Shown piece by piece: positions 36,907 through 45,821 of a DNA stretch of 64,000 bases (positions are counted from its first letter, which is position 1; every line of letters starts with the position of its first letter). The notes under the pieces were generated by a model, which had not been told where the DNA came from, did not search any database, and saw nothing but the letters and a program-made list of their open reading frames with translations. The position numbers were made by a program, and so were the translations under genes. Location of the stretch: the IMG/VR virus record IMGVR_UViG_3300028833_000108, positions 1 to 64,000 of that record. One strand, 5' to 3'. The DNA comes from a virus. Lineage: Duplodnaviria; Caudoviricetes.

Positions 36907-38274
36907 ATGAACCCACGAGTATATCTATTGGCCAGGTTGGTCAAACAGTCCAAAATGAAGTTCAAGATGTGGTGCAAGTACCACGAAAACATGGGCTTCC
37001 GTAAAATTTACATCTTCCTGACCGATGAACCCGATTGGTTCCAAGAAGCAAAGAAGGAACTCATTGCCGAAAGTGACAGCTTTGTATTCATCAAGGCCGA
37101 CGAAAGATGGAGAAAGGTTAGCGAAATAGTCAAGGCGTTCTGCAAGCATTGCGGCAACGGTGACTGGGGTACGATTTTGTCTACGGACGAGTATATCTAT
37201 ACCGAAAAGCATGACAAGTTCAATGTCGGAAACCTTGTGGGTTACGTCATTCAGAGACTTCACGCACGTTCGGTCACTCTGTACAAGGAATATGTGAGGG
37301 AAAACGACGGTTTCGAGTTCAAGGCAAAGAACTACGATACCTATAGCATGGACGACGCAAAGTTCCCAGTGGCAAGCACGCTCCTGTTCAGTGTACAGGA
37401 TGTCAATAGCAACCCGCTTTCCAGCCCATGCACGCCAGCAAATCAGGCACAGTGGATTGACTCCCGCTGGCAGCCGATTAACAAGGACATCTTGACTACG
37501 CAGGTTCCTCGTTTCAGCGAATGTGCTGTCCGTGTAATCAAGCTAATTGAAAAGGATGCCGTTGACGAAGAGGCCGAAACCAGTTTCGATGAAAAGGCAA
37601 GTGCCTTCTGGCATTACTACCTGTATAAATTCCCTGAAATCACTCCTCGTTTCCCGCCGAAGGCAACTAAGCTTAAGGAGGAAACGGAAGAAAAGGTTAA
37701 GGAAATTGCCGAAGAACCAAAGCCGACTGCCCCTGCCGATGAAAATGTCGAGTACAACCTCGATGGCGAATTGGTTGGCCGTGTAATTGCTTCCATTTTG
37801 AACGGAAACGACTACACAAAGGTTCTTGAAGATATCCATAACGCAAGGCTTCCTGTATCTGATGATGCCGTGAAAATCGTTTACGACCGTGAATGCTACA
37901 ACATCATCGAAGGTAGCGAACCGTTCCAGCAACTGTTGCACATGTTGTCCGAAGGTTCCAAGCCTCAGACCATCATGAAGGAACTCCACGTGTCCCCGAA
38001 GAACTTGAAGAAGTGGCGTACGATGCTTGAAAACATCCCTGCCGAAATCAAGGCCAAGTTCGACAAGGCTTCTACCGAAGATGCTCCGCTGACCGTCGAG
38101 GAAGAGGTCATCCCTGTATCCGAAGCTGCGAAGACCGAAAAGAAGACGAAGAAGAAAGGCAGCAAGAAGAAAAAGACAGGCAAGGTCACGGTCGAGGATA
38201 TCGACAACGGTGTTCAACCTGGCACGAAGGACTGTCCCGTGGAAGAAATTCCTACGGATTCGCAGGACGAATAA
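36907..38274 (+). CDS. GT2/GT92-like glycosyltransferase domain (degenerate DxD) fused to a C-terminal HTH-like region
   Basis: WCKYHENMGFRKIYIF and W...LSTDEYI (canonical W..H...GF..IYI, W...DxDE); EGSKPQTIMKELHVSPKNLKKW HTH-like segment. Confidence 0.6.
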   Translation: MNPRVYLLARLVKQSKMKFKMWCKYHENMGFRKIYIFLTDEPDWFQEAKKELIAESDSFVFIKADERWRKVSEIVKAFCKHCGNGDWGTILSTDEYIYTEKHDKFNVGNLVGYVIQRLHARSVTLYKEYVRENDGFEFKAKNYDTYSMDDAKFPVASTLLFSVQDVNSNPLSSPCTPANQAQWIDSRWQPINKDILTTQVPRFSECAVRVIKLIEKDAVDEEAETSFDEKASAFWHYYLYKFPEITPRFPPKATKLKEETEEKVKEIAEEPKPTAPADENVEYNLDGELVGRVIASILNGNDYTKVLEDIHNARLPVSDDAVKIVYDRECYNIIEGSEPFQQLLHMLSEGSKPQTIMKELHVSPKNLKKWRTMLENIPAEIKAKFDKASTEDAPLTVEEEVIPVSEAAKTEKKTKKKGSKKKKTGKVTVEDIDNGVQPGTKDCPVEEIPTDSQDE

Positions 38275-38301
38275 CAGAATAGCCAAAAAACAATATAATT
38301 T

Positions 38302-38330
38302 AGTGGGAGCCCAATCGGGTTCCCACTTTT
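38302..38330 (+). terminator. rho-independent terminator
   Basis: AGTGGGAGCCC-AATC-GGGTTCCCACT-TTT. Confidence 0.75.
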
Positions 38331-38342
38331 GTTGGAGTTTTC

Positions 38343-38759
38343 ATGACCGAAGATAAGTTCAAGAATGACGTTTTGCCGATGGCAGAGAAGTACATTACGA
38401 TACCCGAAGCCGTTCCTGAGGTTGTCGAGTATTTGCGTAAAGTCTCGAATTATGAATACACTTTTGCTCGTTTGGTGGATGAAGAAACCCGTCTGGTTTC
38501 AGAAATGAAAGTGAAAATGGACGACTTGCTTTCCGAGGTCACCCACAAGCACAAGTTCAAGACAATTCCTCGTTACACGAACAATACGCTTCTCATGAAC
38601 CGTATCAACGGGGACCCTATTCTTGTGGACTGGAAAAAGAAGATTGCCGAGCAGGAGGAATACCTTAGCTCTATGAAGGATGTTTTAAGCATCATCCGAG
38701 AGAACAGGTTCGCCTGCCAGAAGATTCTCGACCACGAAGTGTCTGTGGGCCACCAATAA
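38343..38759 (+). CDS. uvsY: UvsY-like recombination mediator
   Basis: 138-aa helical protein directly upstream of uvsX; I.GDP.L and R.F..K patterns resemble UvsY. Confidence 0.55.
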   Translation: MTEDKFKNDVLPMAEKYITIPEAVPEVVEYLRKVSNYEYTFARLVDEETRLVSEMKVKMDDLLSEVTHKHKFKTIPRYTNNTLLMNRINGDPILVDWKKKIAEQEEYLSSMKDVLSIIRENRFACQKILDHEVSVGHQ

Positions 38760-38844
38760 CTTATAAACATAGTATGTCTAAGCATCAACAAGTCTGAAGA
38801 CAAGGACCCCCTGGGTTGAACGTCGAGACAGACAGGAGTAAAAT

Positions 38845-40110
38845 ATGCCTAGTAAATTGATAGCCAAGTTGAAGGGTATTAAGGCCTTCGAAGAAAACAT
38901 CATCAGCAAGAACGAGCCAGTCGAATACCTTGGCTGCGGAATCCCAGTTCTTGAAATTCTTTTCAGTGGTATGGTAAACCACGGTATCAAGAAGGGTCAC
39001 ATGTCGGAAATCGCAGCTCCGTCTACAATGGGTAAATCCATTATCGGCCTTTACTATCTTGCGACCGCTTACCACTCTGGAATGGATTGCATCGTTGTTT
39101 CATCAGAAGGCGCTTTCAACTTTAAGTTGGCACAGCGTCTCGGTGTAAATACCGACGAAATCATCGTGTATGAATCGAAGTTTATCCACCAAATCAATGA
39201 ATTTATCACAAACGCCCAGAAAGGATTGACCCGTAAGGAACGCCATAATGTATTCCTTCTGTTCGACTCTTGGGGACCGATTATTTCATTGCAGCGTGTT
39301 GAGGCCATCGAAAAGCAGACGGGTAAGGATGCCCCGACCGCAGACATGGGGCAGACTGCAATCAAGAAGAACGAACTTGCCAAGCTGATTAACGCATCCG
39401 AGTTTACCTCGCTTATCATCAACCACGTTTACGACAGCCTTGAACAGTACAAGGACCCGAAGAACATCCCTGGTGGTTGCGAACTGTACTTCAACAGCGA
39501 TGCCATCGTTCTGGTATGCACGAACGGAAGGGCGTACAAGACGAAGAAAACAGCCACACAAAAGGCATCCAAGATTGGTAAGATTGCTACCGCACAGATT
39601 AAGAAGGGTCGTGACGGTATGGAAGACCGCATGTGCGAATACCGTATTCTTACGAATGGTGGTATCGACCGCTGGTACGGATTGGTTGAAGATGCTATTG
39701 CGTCTGGGGTTGCTGTTGAAACCAAGAAGGGTAATCAGGGAACATTCCTCCATCGTCCTGATTATGATATAGACAAGGAAACTGGCGAACTTCTCCGTGA
39801 ATTCCGTTGGACTGACGATGATGCCGATGAATGCAACACGCAGGCGTTCATGGAACCGATTATAAGCGACCCGAAGTTCCTTGCTTACATCGAGAAGCAG
39901 TACATGTACGATGTATCCCTCTTTGCAAAAGACCTTGTTGGTGAAATGCCAGCACCTCTCACTGAGGAAGAGCAGACCAAGAAAAAGGCCCGCAAGAGCA
40001 AGTTGAAGGAAGAAGCTGCAGCTACTCCGAAGAACATCAGCGATGAAATCGAAGCAGTGCAGGAAGAAACTGCCGCCGAGATTGCTGCAAAGGGCGCAAA
40101 GTCGAAATAG
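38845..40110 (+). CDS. uvsX: UvsX RecA-like recombinase
   Basis: AAPSTMGKS Walker A, SSEGA, LFDS, INHVY, PGG..LYF.SD and GGIDRWYGL motifs. Confidence 0.9.
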   Translation: MPSKLIAKLKGIKAFEENIISKNEPVEYLGCGIPVLEILFSGMVNHGIKKGHMSEIAAPSTMGKSIIGLYYLATAYHSGMDCIVVSSEGAFNFKLAQRLGVNTDEIIVYESKFIHQINEFITNAQKGLTRKERHNVFLLFDSWGPIISLQRVEAIEKQTGKDAPTADMGQTAIKKNELAKLINASEFTSLIINHVYDSLEQYKDPKNIPGGCELYFNSDAIVLVCTNGRAYKTKKTATQKASKIGKIATAQIKKGRDGMEDRMCEYRILTNGGIDRWYGLVEDAIASGVAVETKKGNQGTFLHRPDYDIDKETGELLREFRWTDDDADECNTQAFMEPIISDPKFLAYIEKQYMYDVSLFAKDLVGEMPAPLTEEEQTKKKARKSKLKEEAAATPKNISDEIEAVQEETAAEIAAKGAKSK

Positions 40111-40123
40111 TAAGTACATAATT

Positions 40124-40160
40124 AAAAAACGGGCGGTTGTCTATCTTCCGCCTGTTTTTT
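40124..40160 (+). terminator. rho-independent terminator
   Basis: AAAAACGGGCGG...CCGCCTGTTTTTT. Confidence 0.7.
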
Positions 40161-40164
40161 AGTC

Positions 40165-40193
40165 TTGCAAAATTAGTAATGATAATGTATTTT
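40165..40193 (+). promoter_or_regulatory. sigma70-type promoter TTGCAA-N17-TATTTT (gp41)
   Basis: Consensus boxes. Confidence 0.6.
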
Positions 40194-40228
40194 TAGTTTG
40201 CAATGTGATAAATAACCGAAGGTGAAAT

Positions 40229-41743
40229 ATGGTAGTAGAAAATTTAAGTGATGAAGAGTATGTCCTGAGGTGTTTCTTTGAAGATGAAAATGTCCGTCTG
40301 CGTATTACGGACAAGATGCAAGAAGAGTATTTCGAAGACAAGGCTGATAAGCAGATTATCTACCTTATCAATGCGTTCCGTCGTAAATATGACCGTTATC
40401 CGACAGCGCAGGAACTCGTAACTGGATTAAATCAAAACCCAGGTTACAGCGATGAAGCAAAGGAACAGCTTCTCAAAATTACACGCCCTATTGGCGTAAT
40501 CGCTCCCGATGTAAAGAAGAACATTATTGAAGATTATTTCAAGTTCAAGGTTTCCCAGAGGCTTATGGAAGAGTACGCTCTCCACATGCACGGGAAAGAC
40601 CCGGCCGCAATGCGTGGCATCATGCCAAAATTGCAGGATGCGTTGAACTTCAAGCTTACGACAAACTTGGGTATCCATTACATCCGTGACGCAAAGTATG
40701 CAAAGTCTAAGCTAGGCGACATGGAAAAGAGTATCCCGTCGAAGCTCGGTGAAATCAGAAAGTTTACTAGCGAGAGCCCAGATGCGCAGGGAACTTGTGG
40801 TGGTTATTTCCGTAAATGTCTGAGCATTGTTGGCGGTACATCTGGCGGTGGTAAGTCGATGTTCATGGTTAATGAGGCCGCATTTGCTGCCACCCTTGGC
40901 TACAACGTTGTTTACATCAGTCTTGAACTTGATGCGGCAAAGATTTGGGAACGTGTTACTAGCGCCATCCTTGATGTTTCCCGTTACGATATCTCCAAGA
41001 TGAGTGACGAGGAAGTGATTGTCAAGCTGCAGGCAGAACACGACCCGTCGATACCGACACCAGGTAACCTGTTCATAAACTGGATGCCAACGAGAAAGAC
41101 GACACCTGACGACATCGAAGGCTACATCAATGAACTGGAACAGGTGGAAGGAATTAAGATTGACTTCCTTGTTGTTGACTATATTGGCATTATCAGTCCG
41201 AACGCAGGTACGTACAACAAGACCGACGGAAGCTACCAGAAAATCCTGTATTCTGCTGAACAGTTGAGAAACATGGCAGTTAACCGTGATATGGCTATAT
41301 TGACAGGAACACAGATGCAACGTGCTGGTTACCGAATGAAGGATATCGGTATGGACCAGACTGCTGGCTCAATGGGTCTTGGTGATACAGCAGACTTCTA
41401 TTACATCATCGTTCACGATGTTGCCTTGAAACGGGCTGGCTTCTTGACGGTTACGATAGGAAAGAACCGATTTGGGTCCAGTGATGTTCAGTTCAATGTT
41501 AGGGTCGATTGGCCTCACATGCGACTAAGTGATGTACAGCCAGAGGATATGGAAACCATTAACAGCATTATGATGGAATCCATGGCTCAGGAAGCGATGG
41601 CTGCAGCAGGACAAAGGAGACCTCCGCAGGCACAACAGCCCACTTTGCTACAACAACAGCAACCGCAACAGCAACAGCAGCCTAGACAGAAGAAGGAGAA
41701 ACCCATAGACCCGTCGTTCTCGTCAATGGCTCAGCTCTTCTAA
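40229..41743 (+). CDS. gp41: replicative DnaB-like helicase (T4 gp41-like)
   Basis: GGTSGGGKS, YISLEL, VVDYIGII, TGTQMQR, GSMGL..TADF and KNRFG motifs; Q-rich tail. Confidence 0.92.
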   Translation: MVVENLSDEEYVLRCFFEDENVRLRITDKMQEEYFEDKADKQIIYLINAFRRKYDRYPTAQELVTGLNQNPGYSDEAKEQLLKITRPIGVIAPDVKKNIIEDYFKFKVSQRLMEEYALHMHGKDPAAMRGIMPKLQDALNFKLTTNLGIHYIRDAKYAKSKLGDMEKSIPSKLGEIRKFTSESPDAQGTCGGYFRKCLSIVGGTSGGGKSMFMVNEAAFAATLGYNVVYISLELDAAKIWERVTSAILDVSRYDISKMSDEEVIVKLQAEHDPSIPTPGNLFINWMPTRKTTPDDIEGYINELEQVEGIKIDFLVVDYIGIISPNAGTYNKTDGSYQKILYSAEQLRNMAVNRDMAILTGTQMQRAGYRMKDIGMDQTAGSMGLGDTADFYYIIVHDVALKRAGFLTVTIGKNRFGSSDVQFNVRVDWPHMRLSDVQPEDMETINSIMMESMAQEAMAAAGQRRPPQAQQPTLLQQQQPQQQQQPRQKKEKPIDPSFSSMAQLF

Positions 41744-41782
41744 AAATATATTTTACCCAGTAGATTGAACTACTGGGTATTT

Positions 41783-42196
41783 ATGTATACCATTTTGGAT
41801 GAAAACCAGAGGCAGACGATTTGCGGCAAGATTGAGGCGATGTTTTCCACCCCTTCAGCCGTTGACGGAACTTGCGGCTTGTTCAGCATGCCTGAACCGT
41901 TGATTAAGGACAGGGCAGCTTATTTTAACGAATGCATTAAGTCGGTCTACCAGCTTTTGCACGAACGGGACTCCCAAATAGGGATGTTCGAGGTGGTGTC
42001 TAGCCTGGACGAGTATTTCGACATCGATTTCCTTGTCAAGAACGTATTCTCGGATGACATCATTGAGGCAATAATCGACCAGATTGCCGACGGTTTCGAC
42101 AAGGCAAAACGGGATGGACGGATTAACTTGGAAAATTCCAGTTTGCCGCCTGGATTGAAGGAAAGACTTATCGCACGTTTCGAAAAGAGGGTTTAA
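41783..42196 (+). CDS. hypothetical protein, weakly gp33 (late co-activator)-like
   Basis: Position near gene 32, and the MFEVV..L.EYFDI.....FSDDIIEAI segment loosely resembles gp33; identity unproven. Confidence 0.55.
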   Translation: MYTILDENQRQTICGKIEAMFSTPSAVDGTCGLFSMPEPLIKDRAAYFNECIKSVYQLLHERDSQIGMFEVVSSLDEYFDIDFLVKNVFSDDIIEAIIDQIADGFDKAKRDGRINLENSSLPPGLKERLIARFEKRV

Positions 42197-42197
42197 T

Positions 42198-42896
42198 ATG
42201 AAAAGATGTGCACTTAGCGATACGGATAGGAAGTTGTTGGATGCCAACAAGCAGGAAAAGAAGCAGCAGTTGGCGGCCTTGAACGCGGACATGCAGAGAA
42301 TGGTTGCCACCGGCCACAGCAAGATGCTTGACGAAACCCCGTTCCTGCCTACGGGCCCGAAGGCTTACCAGCTTGTCGAGACCGAGCATTACAAGAAGTG
42401 GATTCAGAAAATCCGCGATAGCGCTCCCGAAAAGAAGTGGGTTGGCAAGAGCTATTTCGGCATTGCCGACGAATACACCGAGGCTTCCGAGAAGGTTTCA
42501 GAGAAGCTGCTTGACCAGAAGGAAGTTGAGCAGATTACGGAGACTTATGTTGACGAAAACGGTCATCAGCAGGTCAAGATTCGTGACGATTACGACCCGA
42601 ACCATGCAAACGAGGTGGAAGATACCGAGTTGACCAAGGAAGAGAAGAACGTATTCGACTTCGCCACCATCAAGAACAAAGTTGTTGCCCACCTGGAATG
42701 GAGCCTTGACGACCTGTTCGACGATATCGAGGAGTCCTTGAACGAACTCCATGCTGGCGAGGAGGATTACCAGACGCCTGAGAACTTGAAGGAGGTCGTT
42801 GCCACCATGCAGAAGACCGAACAGCTCAAGATGCTCGAATACAAGCGTCAGCAGGCGGAGGCATTGGAATACGACAAGAAGAAAAAAATGCAGTAA
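42198..42896 (+). CDS. hypothetical acidic protein (232 aa)
   Basis: ORF with a GAGGG SD in the replication operon. Confidence 0.75.
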   Translation: MKRCALSDTDRKLLDANKQEKKQQLAALNADMQRMVATGHSKMLDETPFLPTGPKAYQLVETEHYKKWIQKIRDSAPEKKWVGKSYFGIADEYTEASEKVSEKLLDQKEVEQITETYVDENGHQQVKIRDDYDPNHANEVEDTELTKEEKNVFDFATIKNKVVAHLEWSLDDLFDDIEESLNELHAGEEDYQTPENLKEVVATMQKTEQLKMLEYKRQQAEALEYDKKKKMQ

Positions 42897-42900
42897 AGTA

Positions 42901-42976
42901 TTGCATTTGTCGTTTGGATAATGTATATTTGTTAAAACGATTTACATTATAAACTTTAATTGAGGAAATTTCCTCA
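42901..42976 (+). promoter_or_regulatory. gene 32 control region: sigma70 promoter (42901-42929), late-like TATAAACTT (42948-42956) and palindrome TGAGGAAATTTCCTCA (42961-42976)
   Basis: All three elements read directly from the sequence. Confidence 0.65.
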
Positions 42977-43010
42977 TTAATAACAATGTGAATTAACAAT
43001 AGGTAATAAC

Positions 43011-44453
43011 ATGACTAATAACCTTGATTTGAACTATGTCCCAGCGGCTGCTTCGGCTCCGCAATCCCCATCCACAGAACCAACACGTCCGGTAGATACC
43101 CGTGTCTGGAAGACCAGGTTGGACGACACCCACAAGTCGTATTCTGCCCAGGTTCGTATTCTTCCCAACATGAAGCGTGATGCCCAGGGCAACCTGGATT
43201 ACGACAGGGCAAATCCGTCCCCGTTCCGTAAGATTATGGTCCACTATCTCCGCATCGGAAATGGTGAAAAGAAGTACTTCAAGTGCTTGAAGACCACATA
43301 TACTGGCAACAAGCTGAAAGGCGTTTGCCCGTACTGCGACTGGACGTTCAACCGCTACTACATGCTCAAGAAGGCCGTTGATGCAGGCGATGCACTTGCA
43401 GCCGATGAATTGAAGACTAACCAGCGTAACCAGGCTTCCACGAGCTATGTTGCAAACGCTCTTATCCGTACGGATATGGTTCATAACGAGTTTAACAACC
43501 AGGTGAAAATCTGGGAACACTCGATGAAGGTGAATGAAGCTCTTGACTATCCTCGTGAACCAGAAGTTGTTGCACTGAGAAGGTGGAAAAATACCAAGGA
43601 AGGCCGCAAGAAGCCTGATTCCGAGTTTGTTCCGAACGAATTGGAACTCAGAAACGCCTCCCGTTTCTTCCCTGAACAGATTCGTGGTGGACGTGACTTT
43701 ATTGTTACGTGTCAGGAATCCGCTAGCGAAATTGACGGCAAGCCGATTAACTCATACGATGCCAGCAAGTTTGTTGACACGCCAAGTGATGTTGCCGCAA
43801 CAGATGCTGAAATCATTTCCTACTTGAACCAGTGCGTTGACCTCGACGAATATCAGAGGGAAGACCTTCCTGCTACTTATGAAGAAGCACAGAAGATGCT
43901 TAACGAGTGGTTGGTGTCTCAGACTGGAAATGCTGCCGTCAGCACTCCTGCCGACATCACTCCGAATGCAGCAGCTCCTGCCGCTACCCCGAACCCGAAC
44001 ATGACTCGTATGTCTGGTGCAGAATTCCTCGGTAACGCTCAGCCGCAACAGGCAGCTCCTCAGGCAGCTCCTCAGGCGCAGTACAGCAATCCTGCCGTAA
44101 TCAACGCTCAGCCGACGCAGCCTGTTCAGCCCGCAGCTCCTGCACAGCCGTCTCTCAACCAGATGGCAGCACAGCAGCCCGCACCGCAGATGGCTCCGCA
44201 ACCTCAGGTTCAGCCTCAGTATGCACAGCCGCAGCCGCAGTATGCACAGCCTACGCAACCGCAATATGTTCAACCGCAGTTTGCAGCACAGGCTCAGCCC
44301 GCAGCTCAGCCGATGCCTGCACAGCCGACGATGGCTCCTCAGCCGCAGGTTCAGGCCCAGCCTCAGTTTGCACCTCAGGCCCAGCCTCAGATGCAGCCAG
44401 CTGCTCCGACTCCGAACGCTGCAGGCTTCCCTGACGATGACCTTCCGTTCTAA
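43011..44453 (+). CDS. gp32: single-stranded DNA-binding protein (T4 gp32-like) with Q/P/A-rich tail and DDDLPF tip
   Basis: VRILP, PF....H, C..T....CPYC Zn site, YVAN.LI, VKIW, G.DF and SYDASKF motifs of gp32. Confidence 0.88.
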   Translation: MTNNLDLNYVPAAASAPQSPSTEPTRPVDTRVWKTRLDDTHKSYSAQVRILPNMKRDAQGNLDYDRANPSPFRKIMVHYLRIGNGEKKYFKCLKTTYTGNKLKGVCPYCDWTFNRYYMLKKAVDAGDALAADELKTNQRNQASTSYVANALIRTDMVHNEFNNQVKIWEHSMKVNEALDYPREPEVVALRRWKNTKEGRKKPDSEFVPNELELRNASRFFPEQIRGGRDFIVTCQESASEIDGKPINSYDASKFVDTPSDVAATDAEIISYLNQCVDLDEYQREDLPATYEEAQKMLNEWLVSQTGNAAVSTPADITPNAAAPAATPNPNMTRMSGAEFLGNAQPQQAAPQAAPQAQYSNPAVINAQPTQPVQPAAPAQPSLNQMAAQQPAPQMAPQPQVQPQYAQPQPQYAQPTQPQYVQPQFAAQAQPAAQPMPAQPTMAPQPQVQAQPQFAPQAQPQMQPAAPTPNAAGFPDDDLPF

Positions 44454-44472
44454 TCGTTAGTGATTTCTTCAA

Positions 44473-44499
44473 GGGCGTGCCGTTTGGCACGCCTTTTTT
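44473..44499 (+). terminator. rho-independent terminator
   Basis: GGCGTGCC-GTTT-GGCACGCC-TTTTTT. Confidence 0.85.
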
Positions 44500-44546
44500 A
44501 TTGGAATAATGTATTTTAATAACGAAAGTAAACTGATGGAAGTCTT

Positions 44547-45713
44547 ATGATACTTTTTGATACAAATTCTCCTGCACTTCGCTATGCCGCTTCACTCATT
44601 TCTGGTGTTGAAAATGAAGATGAACCAGTGAAGGTTGTTATTGGTGACGGCGAGGTATATTTCACCTTGAAATGTGGCCTTAAAATCAAGACGCCTGTTT
44701 GGAAAGGTGATTACGACGTTTCCGATTTTGACGACTGTTCCGAATTCTACTTCAACGCACGCTTCCTCGGCAAGGCGCTTAACACCTGCATCAACAGTGA
44801 ACAGATTGCGTTCATGCGACAGGATGACAAGGTTCATATCGCTGGTTTCCTGAAGAAGCCCGATGTTCCCGCAATCAAGAATGAAACTGATGTTCCCCCA
44901 GTTGAAGGTGGCGAGACTGGTAAGGAACTTGCTGAGGTGGAAGAACAGGAACCGATTTTCTCTTACGAAGCAGAACTTGTCAATGTTGAGCCGTTTGAGG
45001 AAGCGGTGTTCGGTAATTCTGACGCTACCTTCAAGATGGAACAGAGCGACATGGTTGAACTGTTCAGCCTTAGCGACTATTTCTCCGATGTTGACATTTG
45101 CCGCAAGTCTGGCGTTGTATCGTTCCGTGTCGGCAATGATGATATGTCAGTGGTCACCCGTTACAACATGAGTAATCTTGGCAACTCCAAGAGCGACCCG
45201 AACTTTGCTTTCAACGTAAGCAAGTCCACTATGAAACTCCTTTCCTTCATCGGTACTGGAACCGTAACGATTGACTATGACGAAAAGAATAGTTCAATCT
45301 CCGCAAGTGACGGTTCAATCACGGTAATCGCTCAGGTGTTCCCGAGCAAGTATGAGACATTGGTGTTCAAGGATGGCGAAACCAAGTTCATTACCCCTGG
45401 TACGGCATTTGACGAAGCCATTCCGAAACTTTGCGAGAGCTTTGGTGCTACGAACAAGGATGACGAATTCTCGTTTGAATACATCGGCCCGTGCAATGTC
45501 GGCATCACTTGGAAGGAAAAGTACGGTGAAATCTTCAAAATGATTTCAGTTGGCGAAGCAAAGCCGTTCGAACCGTTCGCCATCAAGTGCCGCTTGCTCA
45601 ACATCCTTATTGGAAGCATCCACGACAGTTCAGTGGTTTTCGCTGAAACTAAGAATGGCAAGCAGGTTGCCCTGTGTTCCAACGCAAGGTACAAACGAAA
45701 GGTGATATTCTAG
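44547..45713 (+). CDS. putative three-domain beta-clamp (DnaN)-like protein
   Basis: 388 aa; three repeats of a clamp-like pattern (FNARFL..AL / FNVSKSTMKLL / FAIKCRLLNILI) with linker ATFKMEQSDMVELF resembling DnaN EFTLPQATMKRLI. Confidence 0.5.
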   Translation: MILFDTNSPALRYAASLISGVENEDEPVKVVIGDGEVYFTLKCGLKIKTPVWKGDYDVSDFDDCSEFYFNARFLGKALNTCINSEQIAFMRQDDKVHIAGFLKKPDVPAIKNETDVPPVEGGETGKELAEVEEQEPIFSYEAELVNVEPFEEAVFGNSDATFKMEQSDMVELFSLSDYFSDVDICRKSGVVSFRVGNDDMSVVTRYNMSNLGNSKSDPNFAFNVSKSTMKLLSFIGTGTVTIDYDEKNSSISASDGSITVIAQVFPSKYETLVFKDGETKFITPGTAFDEAIPKLCESFGATNKDDEFSFEYIGPCNVGITWKEKYGEIFKMISVGEAKPFEPFAIKCRLLNILIGSIHDSSVVFAETKNGKQVALCSNARYKRKVIF

Positions 45714-45719
45714 TCCACT

Positions 45720-45743
45720 GGCCAGCTAAAAGCTGGCCTTTTT
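45720..45743 (+). terminator. rho-independent terminator
   Basis: GGCCAGC-TAAAA-GCTGGCC-TTTTT. Confidence 0.75.
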
Positions 45744-45750
45744 AGTACCC

Positions 45751-45779
45751 TTGCCAAATAACCCATCTTGTACTATATT
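45751..45779 (+). promoter_or_regulatory. sigma70-type promoter TTGCCA-N17-TATATT
   Basis: Consensus boxes. Confidence 0.65.
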
Positions 45780-45821
45780 TTATTGTTAAAGAAGTCTGTG
45801 TCCCAAATAGAGAGGTTTAAT

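Noticed and set aside
43960-44420. Short CAGCC(G/T)-rich repeats
   Set aside because: Coding low-complexity Q/P/A linker of gp32, not a DNA-level repeat element or CRISPR
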